Source of the DNA: the human T2T-CHM13v2.0 reference genome, Homo sapiens
Assembly (NCBI RefSeq): GCF_009914755.1
Contig: NC_060929.1
DNA length: 64,000 nucleotides
Strand: one strand, 5' to 3'
Within the stretch, counting starts at the first letter, position 1. Each line of letters begins with the position of its first letter. A program made the translations under genes and the position numbers. Positions 41,804 through 55,895 of this stretch are shown piece by piece. Below the pieces are notes generated by a model that saw only the letters and a program-made list of their open reading frames with translations, was not told the DNA's origin and made no database searches.

Positions 41804-43929
41804 CAAATTTCAAATCAATAACCTAATCTTTCACCATAACACATAGTAAAAAGAAGAGCAAACTAAACCCAAAACAAGCAGGGCAAGCAAGTAGTAAAGA
41901 TTAAACTGGAAATTAATGAAAAGAGAATAGAAAAGCAATAGAGTAACTCAACAAACCCAAAAATTGGTTCTTTCAAAAAAAAAAATCAACAAAATTGACA
42001 AAACCTTTAGCTAGACTAACAAAAAAATTTTTTAGAAGTCTCGAATTACTAAAAATAGTAAGGAGGATGATATTACTACTGACTTTACAAAATAAAAAGG
42101 ATTATAAGGGAAGAGTATGAACAAGTATATGCCAATAAATTAGACAACTTTGATGAATTGGACAAATTTGTAGAAAGACACAGACTATTGAAAGTAACTC
42201 AAGAAGAAATAAGAAAACTATATAAGTAAAGAGATTTAGTTATTTAAAAATTTCACACAAAGAAAAGCAAGGGACCAAATTAATTCACTGGTAAATTCTA
42301 TCAAACATTTAAATAAGAATTAATAACAATTCTTCATAAACTCTTCCACAAAATAAAAGAGAAGGGAAGATGTTCCAACACATTCTGTGACTTCAATATC
42401 AACCTTATATCAAAACCAGGCAAGACAACACAAGAAAACTACTGACCAATATCCGTTATGATTATAGATATAAAAAAATCCTCAACAAAATACTAGCAAA
42501 CCATATCCAGCAATATATAAAATATATATCATATATATATATAACTTATAAAATAAATTTATACCTAATATCAAATCCAGGGTATAAAAAGGATTATACA
42601 TCATTACCAAGTGGGATTTATCCCAGGAATGTAAGATTGGTTTAACATATGAAAATCAATTACCGTAATAAACAATAGGAAAAAGGGCAAAACCCTCAGT
42701 AGTTGCAGAAAAAGCATTTTGTCAAAAAGGGGTTTTATAGTCACAAGTGTTAGTAAGAATATGAATTATGGGAACTCACACACTGTTGTTTCCAAGGAAA
42801 GCTGGTCAACAATTTTGGGAAAGAGTATGGTGATATCTAGAAAGGAGAGTGAAGTACAGTGCCTAGAGTACACGCTAGAGGAACACTTTCACAGGTGCAC
42901 AGGAAGACATATCCAAGAATGATTCCAGTTGCACAGCTTGGAATATCTCCAAATGGGCATTAACCCAAATGCTGGCTGTCAACAGCAGAATGGATACATC
43001 GTGGCATAGTTATACAAGGGGATATCCAGGAATGAAAAGAACAAGGTATGACTATACCCCATATGAACTAGTCTTACAAATCAGATACTGAGTGTAAGAA
43101 ATAAATCTGAAAAGAACACCCGCAGCATGGTTCCATTTATATGGAGTTCAAAAACAAGAGAAAGTAAACCATGTTGAGACACATTTATGAATATAAATTT
43201 AGATAACTATAAAGAAAGCTGGAAGATGATTATCACAGAACGGACAGTGGTCACCTCCAGGCAGGGAGGAGGACGTTGAGTAGGGAGGGGCACGAGAGAG
43301 GGAGCATTTCTAAAGCACAGCCTAATTCCTAAAACACGGCTCTTGTCTTCACGATCATTCTTTCAACTGCATGTACACATTTTCATCCCACTGTCTGTAT
43401 GCCATACGTCATAATAGAAAATGAAGAAAAACATTTCCTTTTCACCAAGTGGTTTCCCTTCCAATTCTATGAATATGCCAGTAGGTCAGCCTTGCACGTG
43501 GACACAGCTATGTGCAGGGTTGTGTGTTCAAGCGTTCCTATGAGCACTCAGCCCTCACTCTAGTTAAACACGCTGGCCGGGATGCCGTGGACTGAGGAGG
43601 AACATGAGGAAGCAGGGCCTCTGTCCTCCAAGGAGAAAGTTAGCCAAGTTAGCTGTGGCTGTGTGACTTACTTTTCCAAGGAAATGGGGGTTTAAGTGAA
43701 TGTGTGTCAATTCCAGGCTCTACCTTGGGGTTTTACTCCCTCTTCACATCCCCTTCCCCCTCCTGCACTTCCTCCTGGTCATCTCAGAGCCCAGACCATG
43801 GTGGGCTCAGCAGGGTCTGCCCAGATACCCCCTGAAGAGGTGGGGAGAGACACCCTCTCACGGAGGAGGTTTGCTCAGCCTCTCCTGCCAAACCCTCCTG
43901 CCAAAATCCTCCTGGTTCTCAGATGCCTG

Positions 43930-44090
43930 GCCTTCCCTACATCACTGACTGCAGAAGGCCATGTGGGCCTGGGTCTGTGAGCTGAGCCCCTGCGGACCCA
44001 TGCTGGATGTACTGCGTGAGTGAGAAACTTTTACTGGGGTGCCGAGGTTTTGCAGTTGTTTGTTACTGTGGCATAACCTAACACTCCTCT
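43930..44090 (+). mobile_element. MLT1-like LTR 3' fragment
   Basis: gttgtttgttactgtggcataacctaac resembles the MLT1 3' terminus. Confidence 0.5.
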
Positions 44091-46339
44091 GAAACCTCCA
44101 TTTCTTTACGTGGGTAATAATTTCCACCTACTTGTGATGATTGTTAGTTCTCATCATTCCCTCCTCCTCCTCCTCCTCTCACTTTAAACTGGATGCAAGA
44201 ATACTGAGCAATAACTCATTTGTTGAATTAGTCATTTACTTATAATCCAGACTGTGATTGTTTGGAAAATTGGAGAGAGGGATTTCTCCAATAAAAGACA
44301 AACTTGCTGGCTCATGTGGGGTTGACAGCATTCACAGGACCATGAACGGTCAGATGGCATGGTTCATCCCCTGATGCTGGGGAGCATGGGTGATCATCTA
44401 TTTCAGACTGTCTCAACTCTGCTAGGGAAACTGCTTAATTCCCTCAACATAGAACTAGTAGCTTGCACCATGTAATACATACTCCCAGTTAACTGAGAAA
44501 CACATTATTTCAGTCACTTGTTTTAGATATGTGTAGGCACACTCAAGTCAGACCTCACAGGGAGGGCACGGAAAGGGAAAATGAAATAGGAGGTGAGAAG
44601 ATGAGGAGGAGTACAGGGAAAGAAAGAGGGCACAGAGAGAGACAGGGAGAGAGAGAGAAGGGGGGTGGGAGAAGGAGGAACAGAGCGTGCAACTGCCTGG
44701 TGGATATTCAGGTGGCTGGAGCAGGCTCTGCGTGCCCACATGGACTTTACTGACATGTTACTCCTTGGCCCATTTTGAAATGACCTCTCCATTGGCATGA
44801 CCAGCTACTCCCCAGCTGGCCAAGCCCGGCCCACCCTGATTTTGTCCTACCCTGAGTTTCAAATGTCTCCCAGTCACAGCTCTTCCTGTGGCCCACATCC
44901 TGCACTTCCTCCTGGCCATTCCAGAGCCCAGACCCTGGTGGGCTCAGCAGGTGCTTCCCAGGTACCATCTGAAGGGGTGGGGAGAGCCACTCTCTCAGGA
45001 AGGAGGTTCGCCTTCTCCTGCCAAAATTCTCTTGGTTCTCAGATGCGCAGCTGTGCTCTTTGGCTTTGAGATTCCTGGGGCTAGAAACTCCCAACCAGAG
45101 AGTCTCAGTGGTGGTGCTAGGGTCGGGGGAGAGGAGAGCCTTTCTGAAGGACGTGTCCTTTCCTGGGTCAGGCAAAGGTACTTGTCAAAACCAGATCTCC
45201 ATCCCATTGAATGACAAACCAGTGCCCACTTCCCTGGAAGGAGTTTTTCTCCAATTAACTTAAGTCATGTACCTGCCTGTCTGACTGACAGGCCCCAGGG
45301 CCCTGGGAGAAGACAAGACATCCCATCACTCGGCGGGGACACCTCAAACATTTGCTCTGTTAATTGGCTGCTGCCTTATTAAGAGGCGGGTCTCCTGCCG
45401 CAGCCTTCATTACCGATTTCCAGGAGTAACTAGGCTCCCCCATGCTCCAGTCACCAAGGCGGTTGATTAAATACCCAGATTCCCATGTCTTTGAACTCAG
45501 CAGCTTGCTGGTCGAGGCGTGCATTTCTCAGACAAAAGTATCCTTAGAAAGGAGGCACACTTGGATCTAATCAGCAGCCTCTGTGCTCTGCCACTCCTCT
45601 CCCTCCAATTGTGGACTGTTCTTTTGTTCTGAGAAATCCGACACCTAAATTCCCCTTTGGTCTTTCTCCCCTTAAGTTTGCATCTTACATTGTTTAAGTG
45701 TTTAAATATAATTTCAAATGGATATTGTTTAAATTATTAAGCTTTTGGAAGAAAAGAAGACTGCTGGGAAAAATGTGATTGGCAGAAAGCACCTCTGAGG
45801 CTGGTGGATGAGGAGAGGTAAAGACTTCTGGAATCAAGCTGCTTCCCCACCCTCCTGCGGAACCCCTGCGTACTGGAGGTGGAGGTTGCAACTCAGGAAA
45901 GGAAGGTGCAATGACCCTAGAGTGCAACACTCCATCCATCTATAGTCCAGGACAGGGACTGAGCCACAGGGTAGGAGAATCACACTCTGACTTCGGCATC
46001 CAAGCCACATTTCCTTTCTGAGTCAGTGGCCCGCTTTCCAGACGGGGTGGTGACAGGGTGCGCCCTGACGAAGGGCTGACACTTCCACAGGACTGTTCAG
46101 GGCCCAGCCCAAATGGGAAACTTGGCTCTTGTCAGTTGAAGGATTTCACTCAGGCCTCGCTGAGATGACTTGTACTTCTGCTTAGACGAGGACTGGCTAA
46201 GGATGGAGGAAGGCAGTTAGAACCATCCTGGGGTGGGCAGGTGTGATGGTTAATTTTCACAATCAGTGCCTGGTCCTGCTGACTGTATTTTTCCTAAGTG
46301 ATTCTCCGGTCTGCCCACTCCCCCGATTCAGGCTTCTGT

Positions 46340-46930
46340 GTGGCTTTGTTGAATGTCCTCGATGCCTCCTGCTGGGCCCCTGCCTCCAGGGTCACTCTGT
46401 CCCAAGGGCAACACAGGTGATCTTTCTGAACACCAGGCCTATGGTTTAAAACCCTAGAATGCTGCCTCCCCTTGCATCCAGGAGAAAGTCCACACTCCTT
46501 AACCTGATGGTCCAGGTCTGGCCCCAGCTTGGCCAAAGCTCCTTTCCAGGCTTGCCCTTGCTGCTTTCTCTCTGCCCTAAACTCTATATTTGGAGAAACA
46601 CCAATTGGCTTGTGGCTCCCCATGCTGGCTTCATATCCTAACCCTTGGCCTAGAAGACTCCCCTCCTCTTTCTCTAACCCATTTCTCATCATTTAGTACT
46701 CAGTCCAGATGGCACCCCCTTTTGGAGGCCTCCCTGTTCCTTCCATAACAGACTGGACGTGCTCCGTTGTCGCGCTCCCCACCCTGGTTTACAATAGGCA
46801 GGGGGTGTGTGTCCCCTCTCAGCTCCCCATGGGCAGGGCCCTCTCACACTCCTCTTGGACCCCCGCCACCGGGCCCTCGACTAGGCCTGGTACACAGCAG
46901 GCACTCAGCACTGTTTGTTGAAGCAATGAA
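46340..46930 (+). mobile_element. L2
   Basis: aaagtccacactccttaacctg...gcctggtacacagcaggcactcagcactgtttgttgaa. Confidence 0.65.
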
Positions 46931-47719
46931 ATGCGGAATTGCAGAATCCTGCCAAGGTATGAATGGCCCAGATGCAAGAATCACAGATCTTTCTATGAAA
47001 TCGTGAAACACAAGAATGAAACTTGATCGGTGCAGTGTTGAAAACAGGGACCACTACTTTACTATCCTCAGGAGTGTGAACAAACAGGCAGGATGAGGTT
47101 TAGAGCACATGCCGGTACCACTCATGGGTTCCTGTGTGATGTACACTAGAGAAGCTCTATCCCTGATCACACCCACCCTGAATTCCTTTTCCAAGACTGC
47201 CATCTCGGGCTGCCCCACAGGCTCCTGGTCCCCCTAGAACCCAACATGGGCTGCACAGAGGCTGAGTCCACTGGCAGCAAATCTAGTTAGCAGCTCGGTC
47301 CTGAGCCCACCCTGTCCACTGGCTCCTCTGAGGTGAGCCATACATAGTCCCCGGCTTTTTGCTAATTTTGAAAAAGGGAGAGACTGCGCAGGTGCTCACT
47401 GCAAGGCCTCCTTCCTTTTTTAATTACAGGAATCATTATATACATAGACAGTGTGGCATAGTAGAAGGAACAAAAACAACAAAGAAACAAAGATTTTCAA
47501 AAACCATCACAATTTCTTTGTCGAGTCAAGAGTGGCTAACAACACGGGCACATGTCAGCTACACGTGCAGAAAGTTGCCTTCAGAACACAAGTGAGAGTG
47601 CAGGCACAATCTGCCCAGTTGCTGAATGATAATCACTATGTGTGTGTGTGTTTTTTTTAAATTATACATGTAAGAGATGTGGCAGAGCAGACAGAGCAAA
47701 GACAACATTTAACATTTCA

Positions 47720-47930
47720 AATCAGTCTTTATTGCAGCTCTCCTCCTCACCGGTTGAGTGGTGTTGGGCAAGTCATTAAACCTCTGTGAGCCTCAGTTTC
47801 CTCACCTGCCAAGTTAGGGGTAATAACAGTCCTTACCCTGAAGGGCTGTCACAGAATTAAAGAACAGAAAGTGCACAGAATGCTCAGCCTTGGACCTGGC
47901 ATGTCACATGGGCTCTTTGAGTTAGTTGTT
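47720..47930 (+). mobile_element. MIR
   Basis: ttgggcaagtcattaaacctctgtgagcctcagtttcctcacctg. Confidence 0.8.
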
Positions 47931-50900
47931 ACCCTGCCCTCCATTCTCATCCAATCTCTGGTTTTTTAAAAAGGGTAGGATGTGTAAAATCACAATCATT
48001 TGCTGCAAAGCTTGATGATTATAATCACAGCCAGCAGAGTCTCCGTGGGGCTATAGCCACAGGAATCCTGGTGGTGCCTTCACTCAAGTTCTTTCCTTCC
48101 CAGCCTTCTAGACAGGCACGCTCAACTGTGCATCTTGTTTTGTGCCAACTGTTTCTCTAAATTAGTATATGGGCTTCTGTCAGCATGTTTTACAGAGAGA
48201 AACCACATTTCTCAGCAGTGGACTTTGCCTTCCTTTTGTATAGATTCCCCATTTCTTCAGGTCTTCCTGATACCCACAGTTGTTTACCCTGAGAACCACA
48301 AAAGTTTTTAATATGGAAAGTTTGTTCCTTTAAAATTGCTAGGAGAATGTTTATTGAGACAATCCTGGCACATAAACGAGATCTTCATGTCACTGAAATT
48401 TGGCAGGGGGCAGAGGTGGGGACACTGGCGAGAAGGAACCCAGGCAGAAGTGGAGAGACAGAAAGGTGTGACCGAGAAATATGGACGTTTTTCTTCCTGT
48501 GCAACGAAGCCCTCACCCTGTGTTTCACGTGGCATTGGCGGGGACTTTCTTCCTTTGTAATGTGCTCACTGGGGTTGTCACGTCACATAGCCACGTGGAG
48601 ACAGCCACTGAAGTTCAAAGACAAGATGGGTGTAAATGTGATTCATTTCATTAAAACAACTGGATATACAATATTTGATGTCTGCGGTAACTCTAACTTC
48701 TCCTCATTTCCCTTTAGGGGAGTGAGAGTTTTTAGGTACCTGCTGTCTGATCAGTTGCAAGTGCCAAGTCTGGTGGAGGAGGAAGGAATGCAGCCATAAC
48801 ATCAGCAAAGCTGCATGAAGTCTTTCCCTCTGCTGCTGCCCCTGCCCTGTACCTGGTTGTTCATGTCCCACCCACCCACTCTTCCAGGTTCAGGTCAAGC
48901 CCCACTCCCTGACAAATATCTCTCCTAATCATGGGAGTGGCCACTGACACACACTGAAAGGGGATGGGCAGGTGCCAGTACTGGTGCCGTCATTTACAAG
49001 TCCAGTAACTGGGAAAGTTATCTGGCTTCTCTTTGCCTCTCAGTAAACACCAACTAGGAAAAGGAGTGCATGAGATGACGTCCATACAGCCCCTGGCGGT
49101 GGGCTGGCAGCCTGGCACATTCTCCGTGAATGAGAATGTGTATTTCCCATGATCCTATCCACCCCACCCTGATGGCCATTCCTTCTTTTCTGCAAGGCTG
49201 TGTCCCATGGTGGCCCTTTATTGCCTTGGGGGTTGAACTTCTACCTCTATCTCTTAACAGGGCAGCTCTTCTACCTTCTTTGCCTTTTCTTGGCAACAGA
49301 ATTTGGCTCTTATGCATTTCTCTCTAATTGGTTAATCACATTGTATTGACTGCAACATTAGAACCAATAGTTCAGGCCTTCCCAATTGTCCTGACCATGT
49401 CACTGGCATACTGACACACGCCCATGAACAAAGGCTTCATCACACAAGGAAGACACACTATGACCCGCTGCGGTTTTCTTCCACTTCAGTTGTAGCCCTG
49501 CATGCTTTCTGGGGAGCACACTCTAGCCACCGAGATGAAGGCACGGGGAGGCCCGACCGTAGGTCGAACACGTCAGTCAGTGGCTGATCCTTCCCATGGT
49601 CTCTGGATACACCAGTGAAGGCAGGAGGTGAAGTCTCCCAGGTCACCTGGGAACAGCCATGGACACTTGTCTGGGGCTGCATGAGGTTTGTTCTGGGCTC
49701 TGATGGAATATTGCCCTCATGTATGCTTTTTAACATACCGAGTCAAGGATTATGCAGGATCTGTTGAAATTCCAATAAGTCAGTCAAGAAAATTAAGCGC
49801 ACTTAACCTCATCATTTACCCTTTGCAATTTTTGGTAACTATATTTGAAAAAGTTATTTAGACACCTTCTCATTTCAAGAGCCTCTGTGCTCACCTAAGC
49901 CTTGAGTTCCTCTTTGTCAGATTCTCTGATTTCTCTGTAGAATGTGAAGGGTTCATCTTTCACTTTTTTTCCCAGCCAAGAGTACACGGATGGTGTATTA
50001 TTTGAACCCTTGCCCAGCAGAAAATACTTTTTATTCTTTCCATACATGGATCACCATTTGATAAGTGTAGAATTCTTGCATCATGGTCTTACCACCCCAA
50101 AATTCTACCAATGTTCTTCATTGCCTTCTTGCTTCTTAATATCGCAGAAAAGTCCAAGAACAGAATTTTTTTTTCCTTCCTACCAGACAGTGTCTGAGAC
50201 TCACCTTTGACACAAATGTAACTGAAGGGGAGAAGCTGCCCCTGGGCAAGCCGGTCAGCTGAAACCACTCAAGAGCCCCCAGTGCAACACCAGGTAGGAC
50301 TTTTTTTTTTTTTGTCTGCTTTGTTTTTCTCTCTCTGGATATTTCAGATCACTTTAATTTTTTTTTTCAAAACCTAAAATGTCAGCAATTATATTTTGAC
50401 TTATTTGATAGATCTTTCAGTATAGGGCACTTATTTTTTTGGATCTCTCTTTGCTTATTGTGTCCATTTGAATTGCTCTGAGGTCTTTAAGATAACCAAT
50501 CACTATTATTTTAAATCTTTTATCTCTGTCTTACATAACTATCATCCTCTCCCACAGTATTTTTTTAAATCTTCTTCTCATTCTCGGTGTATTTGGGGAG
50601 CGGTTTTCAAGTTTGTTCCCTGTATTGGAACAACTATGATTTCTGTATGGTTAATCTTTCCTTTGACTGCTTGAAGTGGAGAAGGAACTTCTGCAATTGT
50701 ATTTCAGGTTCTTTATATTCTTTCCTTACCTCCCCCAGCTTCCATTTTATTTTTGACTGTGGCTCAGCCAATTTACAATCCCATTTTTTATCTCATTTCA
50801 GAGTTCATGTTTTCTTGCATTGGGAGTAGAACACAGTTGCTGTCTAAAATGAGCTTCTGTTTCTTGTAATAATTTTTCCCCAAAGCATGCTCTTTTGCTG

Positions 50901-53319
50901 CATCTTAAGTGTGTGCTCTCCTCCTCCTCTGTTGCAGAAGCCAGCTTCCCTTTCATTCGTGTTCAGACAGGTCTGTTCAGGCTTCACCTCTGTTTACTCT
51001 CACTGCAGCCCAGTGAGATTGACCAGACTGGAATTACAGCTAAATCCATGGTCACTGCCACGACATATTGCATCTGGAGAGGGGTCTTAACTTCCCTGTA
51101 ACCAGCATTCATGGCTAAACAGTTGAGAGACGCCCTTGAAAATCTGGAGTTCTGCAGGTGGGTGGGAAGGAGAACAAGCAAGCTCACTCTCTGCGGAATT
51201 AGGATGATGTGTCACCGACCCTTTCTGACACCCCTGCCCCTACCCTGGTGTCCCCTTCTGAAACCTCCTCCTTTGTCTAGGGTATTTCTTCTTTTGTAGC
51301 TTTATAAGAGACATCTTCCTCGCCCCTGCTTTCCTGTCCATCACCCACCTATCCAGAAAGGTTCTGCCCTTCATATCCTCTGATGTCTCTAATCTCGGGT
51401 TCCCCAAATCATTGGACAAGCTTGCACGGGGAAAAGACTAAAGTCTCAGCTATGAGGACTCATGCAGACCTGGGTCTGTACAAGCTCCACCTGACTGGAT
51501 ATAAGTAAAGATCTCTGAAAATCCCTATAAAAATACCTTGGGTTTATTATATTTTGATGGAAATATGGATCACTGGATGAGCATCTGAGAAACAGAGACA
51601 AAGATGGGGTGGAGGAAGGCAGAAAGAGACAGAGATGTACAGGTGTATTGGAGGAAAAGTCAGAGAGCTAGCCAGGCCGAATGAGTGAGGGAGGCAAAGG
51701 CTCAAAGAGGCATTTGCTGGACCACTGTAGACCAGGCCTTTGGGCATACCTTAGCCAACTGAAGGGGGCATGGAGTGCACTGAACACAAGCAGTGGAAGA
51801 GAAAGCACAAGTTCCCTAAGGAAGACAAGAAAAGAGACATGGCTGCTAAGTCCCTGGATGAGCCCTTTTTTCCAGCTACAAAGAGAAGTGCACAACTGAG
51901 ATCACCCTGCTTATAATAAGTGGACGGAGTTCACTGCATCTGGCTATTTTAATTACCTGCAAGCAAAGTGATTTTGCTACTTTCCTTTAGAGGAGCTTTT
52001 TGAAAGTAGTTTTCACTCTGATTACTTTCATTAACAAGTGATCAAAATGCATCAAAGCAGAAATGAGCACAACAAGAAGAAAAGCAGAGGGAAGAACTCT
52101 CTAGGAGATGTCCAAACTCAGTAGTCACTGTTAAGCTCTGTCTTCCCTCATTAGCCTGGAGAATACATGTGTTCTGGATCTGGCCCTCATGAGGCACCCA
52201 GGTGCAGGACTGGGCACAAGCTCACCTACAATCAGGAAGCATGGGTGGTTCCCGGAGACCCAGGATGCTGTACAGGGCTGGGCCCCAGCTTTCTGTAGTT
52301 CTGTCCCTCAGTTCTCCTGGCTGAGGACTCAACTCCACAGACCTTACATTCAGTTGTTTGGTGTGGTCTTGTTCCTCCTTCATCCAATGAGCCTGCTCTG
52401 CTGGGAAGTGTTTACTCCTGAAGACACTCTCTGCTGATGGAGATGAGCAGTCATTTACTCTCCCCTGGGTCACTGCCTCCTGATCCCCCTCATTTATTTC
52501 AGTTAACTTGACACAGTGGCAAGTGCTCCTCCCTCTCTTTGGAGAAGATGGCCCAAACTGGGTCACTGCTTCCCTGTCCAGAAAAGCAGGCAGAGAGGCT
52601 GAGTGATCATGCGAGGCACAAGGGCTGGGGCGAGGGAGGGAACAGCCGAGCCCCCAGGCCTCTGCTCAATTCTTGTACCCACTGTCCTCCCAGCCACTGG
52701 CCCCTTCAATGCCTTATATCACTAGGCAGCAGAGGAACCTGAAAGGGATCCCATATCTAGAAAAGAGCATGAAAGTCCTGTCCTTGAGCTTGCTAGTGGG
52801 CATAAAACACTTTGAGGCAGGCGTACAGAGACCACGTATTTGAGTTGTGGCTGGTCTGACAGCTGCTGAGTCTATCACACAGATAATTAGACAAACTGCT
52901 TGAGCACAGAGATTCAATACATGGTGTCATTTAGCGGCTGCTACACGGGGGCCTTGATCTTAATTGAAGGCACGATAGGGGAGAACCTTAAAGGAGTCCC
53001 AAATCAACTTCTTCTTGCTCCAGTAATTAAACATCTGGCTCCTGGTGATCATCTGAAACCTCTCGAGTGTTGGGCATAGGGTCCACTCACATGGATCTGA
53101 GCACCTGAGCCACCGGCACCCCTCCTGTCCACACAGGGCCTTCCTCAAACAGCCTCCTGCGGAGAAGCCTGGGGAGGAGGCTCCATGTCACTCCCTCCCC
53201 TCATCAAGGCCACTTTTGGGTGGGCCTCACGGAGTAATGAGAAGGGCAATATAGCCAAGTGGCAAAGAACTTGGGCTTCCAATGGCCGACAGAGCCCTAT
53301 GGGGAGATCAACCCCATCA

Positions 53320-53745
53320 GCCCTCCGACTTGCTCAGTTTCTCTCTGCTTACTTACCCTGGTCCAGCAACTCTGGCCCCCTTGTGAGCCCCCAAACACGC
53401 TAGGCAAGCTCCTACCTTAGGATCTTTGCAAACTTTGTATTGCCACTGCCTGGGATACTCTTCCCCCAGATATTCAAATGCCTCACTCCCTAACCCCCCG
53501 GCCTGCTGCAGACCTTTGCCCAAATGTCACTTCTCATATCAGAGGCTCTGGCTAACTGCCCTCCTGGCTTTATTCTGCTCCATGGCACTTGTCACCATCA
53601 CATAGACTTCATCTCTTGTTTACTGTTTGTTTCTCCCACAAGACTGTACCTGCCATGGGGACTGGGCTCTGTTTTGTTCCCTGCTGTGTCCCCACATCTC
53701 CAAATAGTATCTGACGCATAGTACATGAATATTGCTGAACAACTG
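53320..53745 (+). mobile_element. L2 3' region
   Basis: cttaggatctttgca...tgcctgggatactcttcccccagatatt...ctgttttgttccctgctgtgtcccca...atgaatattgctgaa. Confidence 0.7.
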
Positions 53746-55895
53746 GACAGAAGGGTTCGAGCAGGACAGCACCATGGTCAAAGTTCCATCTTGGAAAGCT
53801 TACTCTAAATGCCATATGGAAAGTGGATTTGAAGAAGCATCTGACCCGGGGCTCAGAGAATAGCTAGGAGGCCATAGAGGTCATCCAGCCAGGAGATGAT
53901 GGTGGGATGGACCATCCCAGGTGGAATGAGAGGTAGACTGAAACGTGAGGAGAGGTCAGGGATGAAGATATGGTTGGGTCTTTGCTCGTGGGACAGTCTG
54001 GGTCTTTGAGGCATGGCTGGAACTGTGAGAAGAGAGCCCCAGGGGAAAGACCTGGAAGCAGCTGCAAGAGAAGGAGGGGTCTACGGAGAGTCAGAGGGAT
54101 GGGGGCTGGTCCCTAGAAGACAGTGGAACAGGGTTGCAGAGAGGATGACAGAGCTCACTGCAGGAAGGATGCATGCAGCAAGACCAGGCCTGGAAAGTGC
54201 CTTCTTGGCATTTAGAAGGGTAAGGTGATCTTAGCAAAGTCAGTGGCAGGGGTAACAGGACAGGAGCTAGGTGCAGACCCTAGAGGGCAGAATTCAGGGA
54301 AGTTGCAGAAGTGGAGACAGCCAGTGCAGAAAATGCTCTGCGGCCTGACAGGGAAGAGATGAAAGGCTACCTAGGAGGATGCTGGGACAACAGCTTGCTC
54401 CTCTGGGCTTCAGGATGAGAGAGACTAGGCCGCCAGCAACCAACGGGACTGAGGAGTGCACAGCAAAGGAGGGGTTGGAGAAAGAAGGACAGGATGCCAG
54501 AAAACAGCAGGAAACAATGTGGGGGACTCGGAGGCTGTAGCTTGTTTCCATAAGTGAAATCAATGCACCACGAGACTTACTCAGCTCAGTAACTTCTTAG
54601 CAATTTTTAATTACTGGAATGTAATTAATTCATTCAAAGTACAGCAGTTCTGTGGAGCACACCACACATGCCGAACTGATAATATTCTTGCACATTTGCG
54701 GGGTGCTCACACCAAGACAGTTCCTTGCATAAAACCTGGAGGAAATATCCAAAGAACACACATATTTGTTTTAGGTCACTTTTCTTGATCCTGGAAGCAG
54801 ATACTGTAAATGGGACAACTGAGCTCCCAGGGATGCTGGACTACGGGGCTATGAGTGAACTGTCAGTTCAGTGAAGTCCTAGTTGTTTTCACAGATGCTG
54901 ACAGAATCCGCGGAGGAGTGAGGAGAGGGTATCCAACATGAGAGACAGTCTGTAAAGATTCCCGTTTGTCCTTGAGGTCTTGGAGGCATCTCTGGCTAAA
55001 GCAGCTCCCAAAGGATAACCCAGAGGGTGGAGATGTGTGGCGTTTCTTTTGGCTATAAATTCCTTGAGGTCAGGCCCGGTGTTCTGATCATACTGGTATC
55101 CTCAGGTCCTGGCACAGCCTTAGCACCAAGTGGGCATTCAGCAGATGTCTGTGAAGGTGAGTGGCTTGGCAGAAAACAGCCAAACCCTCTTCTGTGGAGC
55201 TTAAAGTGAAGGCCAGGAAGAGGGCTGGGGACAGAGAGATCCCTTTGCAAAGACTGAAAGAACAACAGCGGCTACTGGACAGAAATGTGGGTAGGCCCAG
55301 AAGTGGAAGGGCAACTGGAGGGACAGGAAAGGGAGTCTGGAGAGAAAGTGGAGGCCAGCTTCCAAGGCCAGACCAGGCTGAAGGTAGGCTTGTCCCCAGA
55401 GGCTCTGCCTGCTTTTGACCCCAGGTTCCCCTGGTAACCTTCTGGGTATCCCTCAGTTTCCTACTCTTTCCTTAGAAAGGAGACAAGGGTCTGGTTTCCT
55501 GATGTCCAGAAGCTCTGTGAGTTTGGGATGATTGAGCCAGCTTTCCCTGGAGAAGGTGCAGCTGGCTTCTTAATGACCTGCGGAGCAGGGAAGCCCCGCC
55601 CAGCAGTGGCGCACGAGGCCCTTTCCACTGCCCATGGCTCCTGAGCCTTCCTTCTGCACCAGGAGGTCTCCTGGGGAAGAAGCATAAAGCAATTGCATCT
55701 GTTAGGGACATGCCTTGCTGAGCCCTAACTAAAAACAGCCACAAAGCTATGGGTGCCTTTGAAGGGCCTGCCACAGCAGCAAAGGCTGGGCCCTGGCTTG
55801 GCTCTGCCTGTGTGACTTGGGACAGGTACTAGCCCTCTCTGGGCTTCACGGTCCCTCTTTGGGAAATGAGAATGTTGCAGTAGCTTATCTGACAC

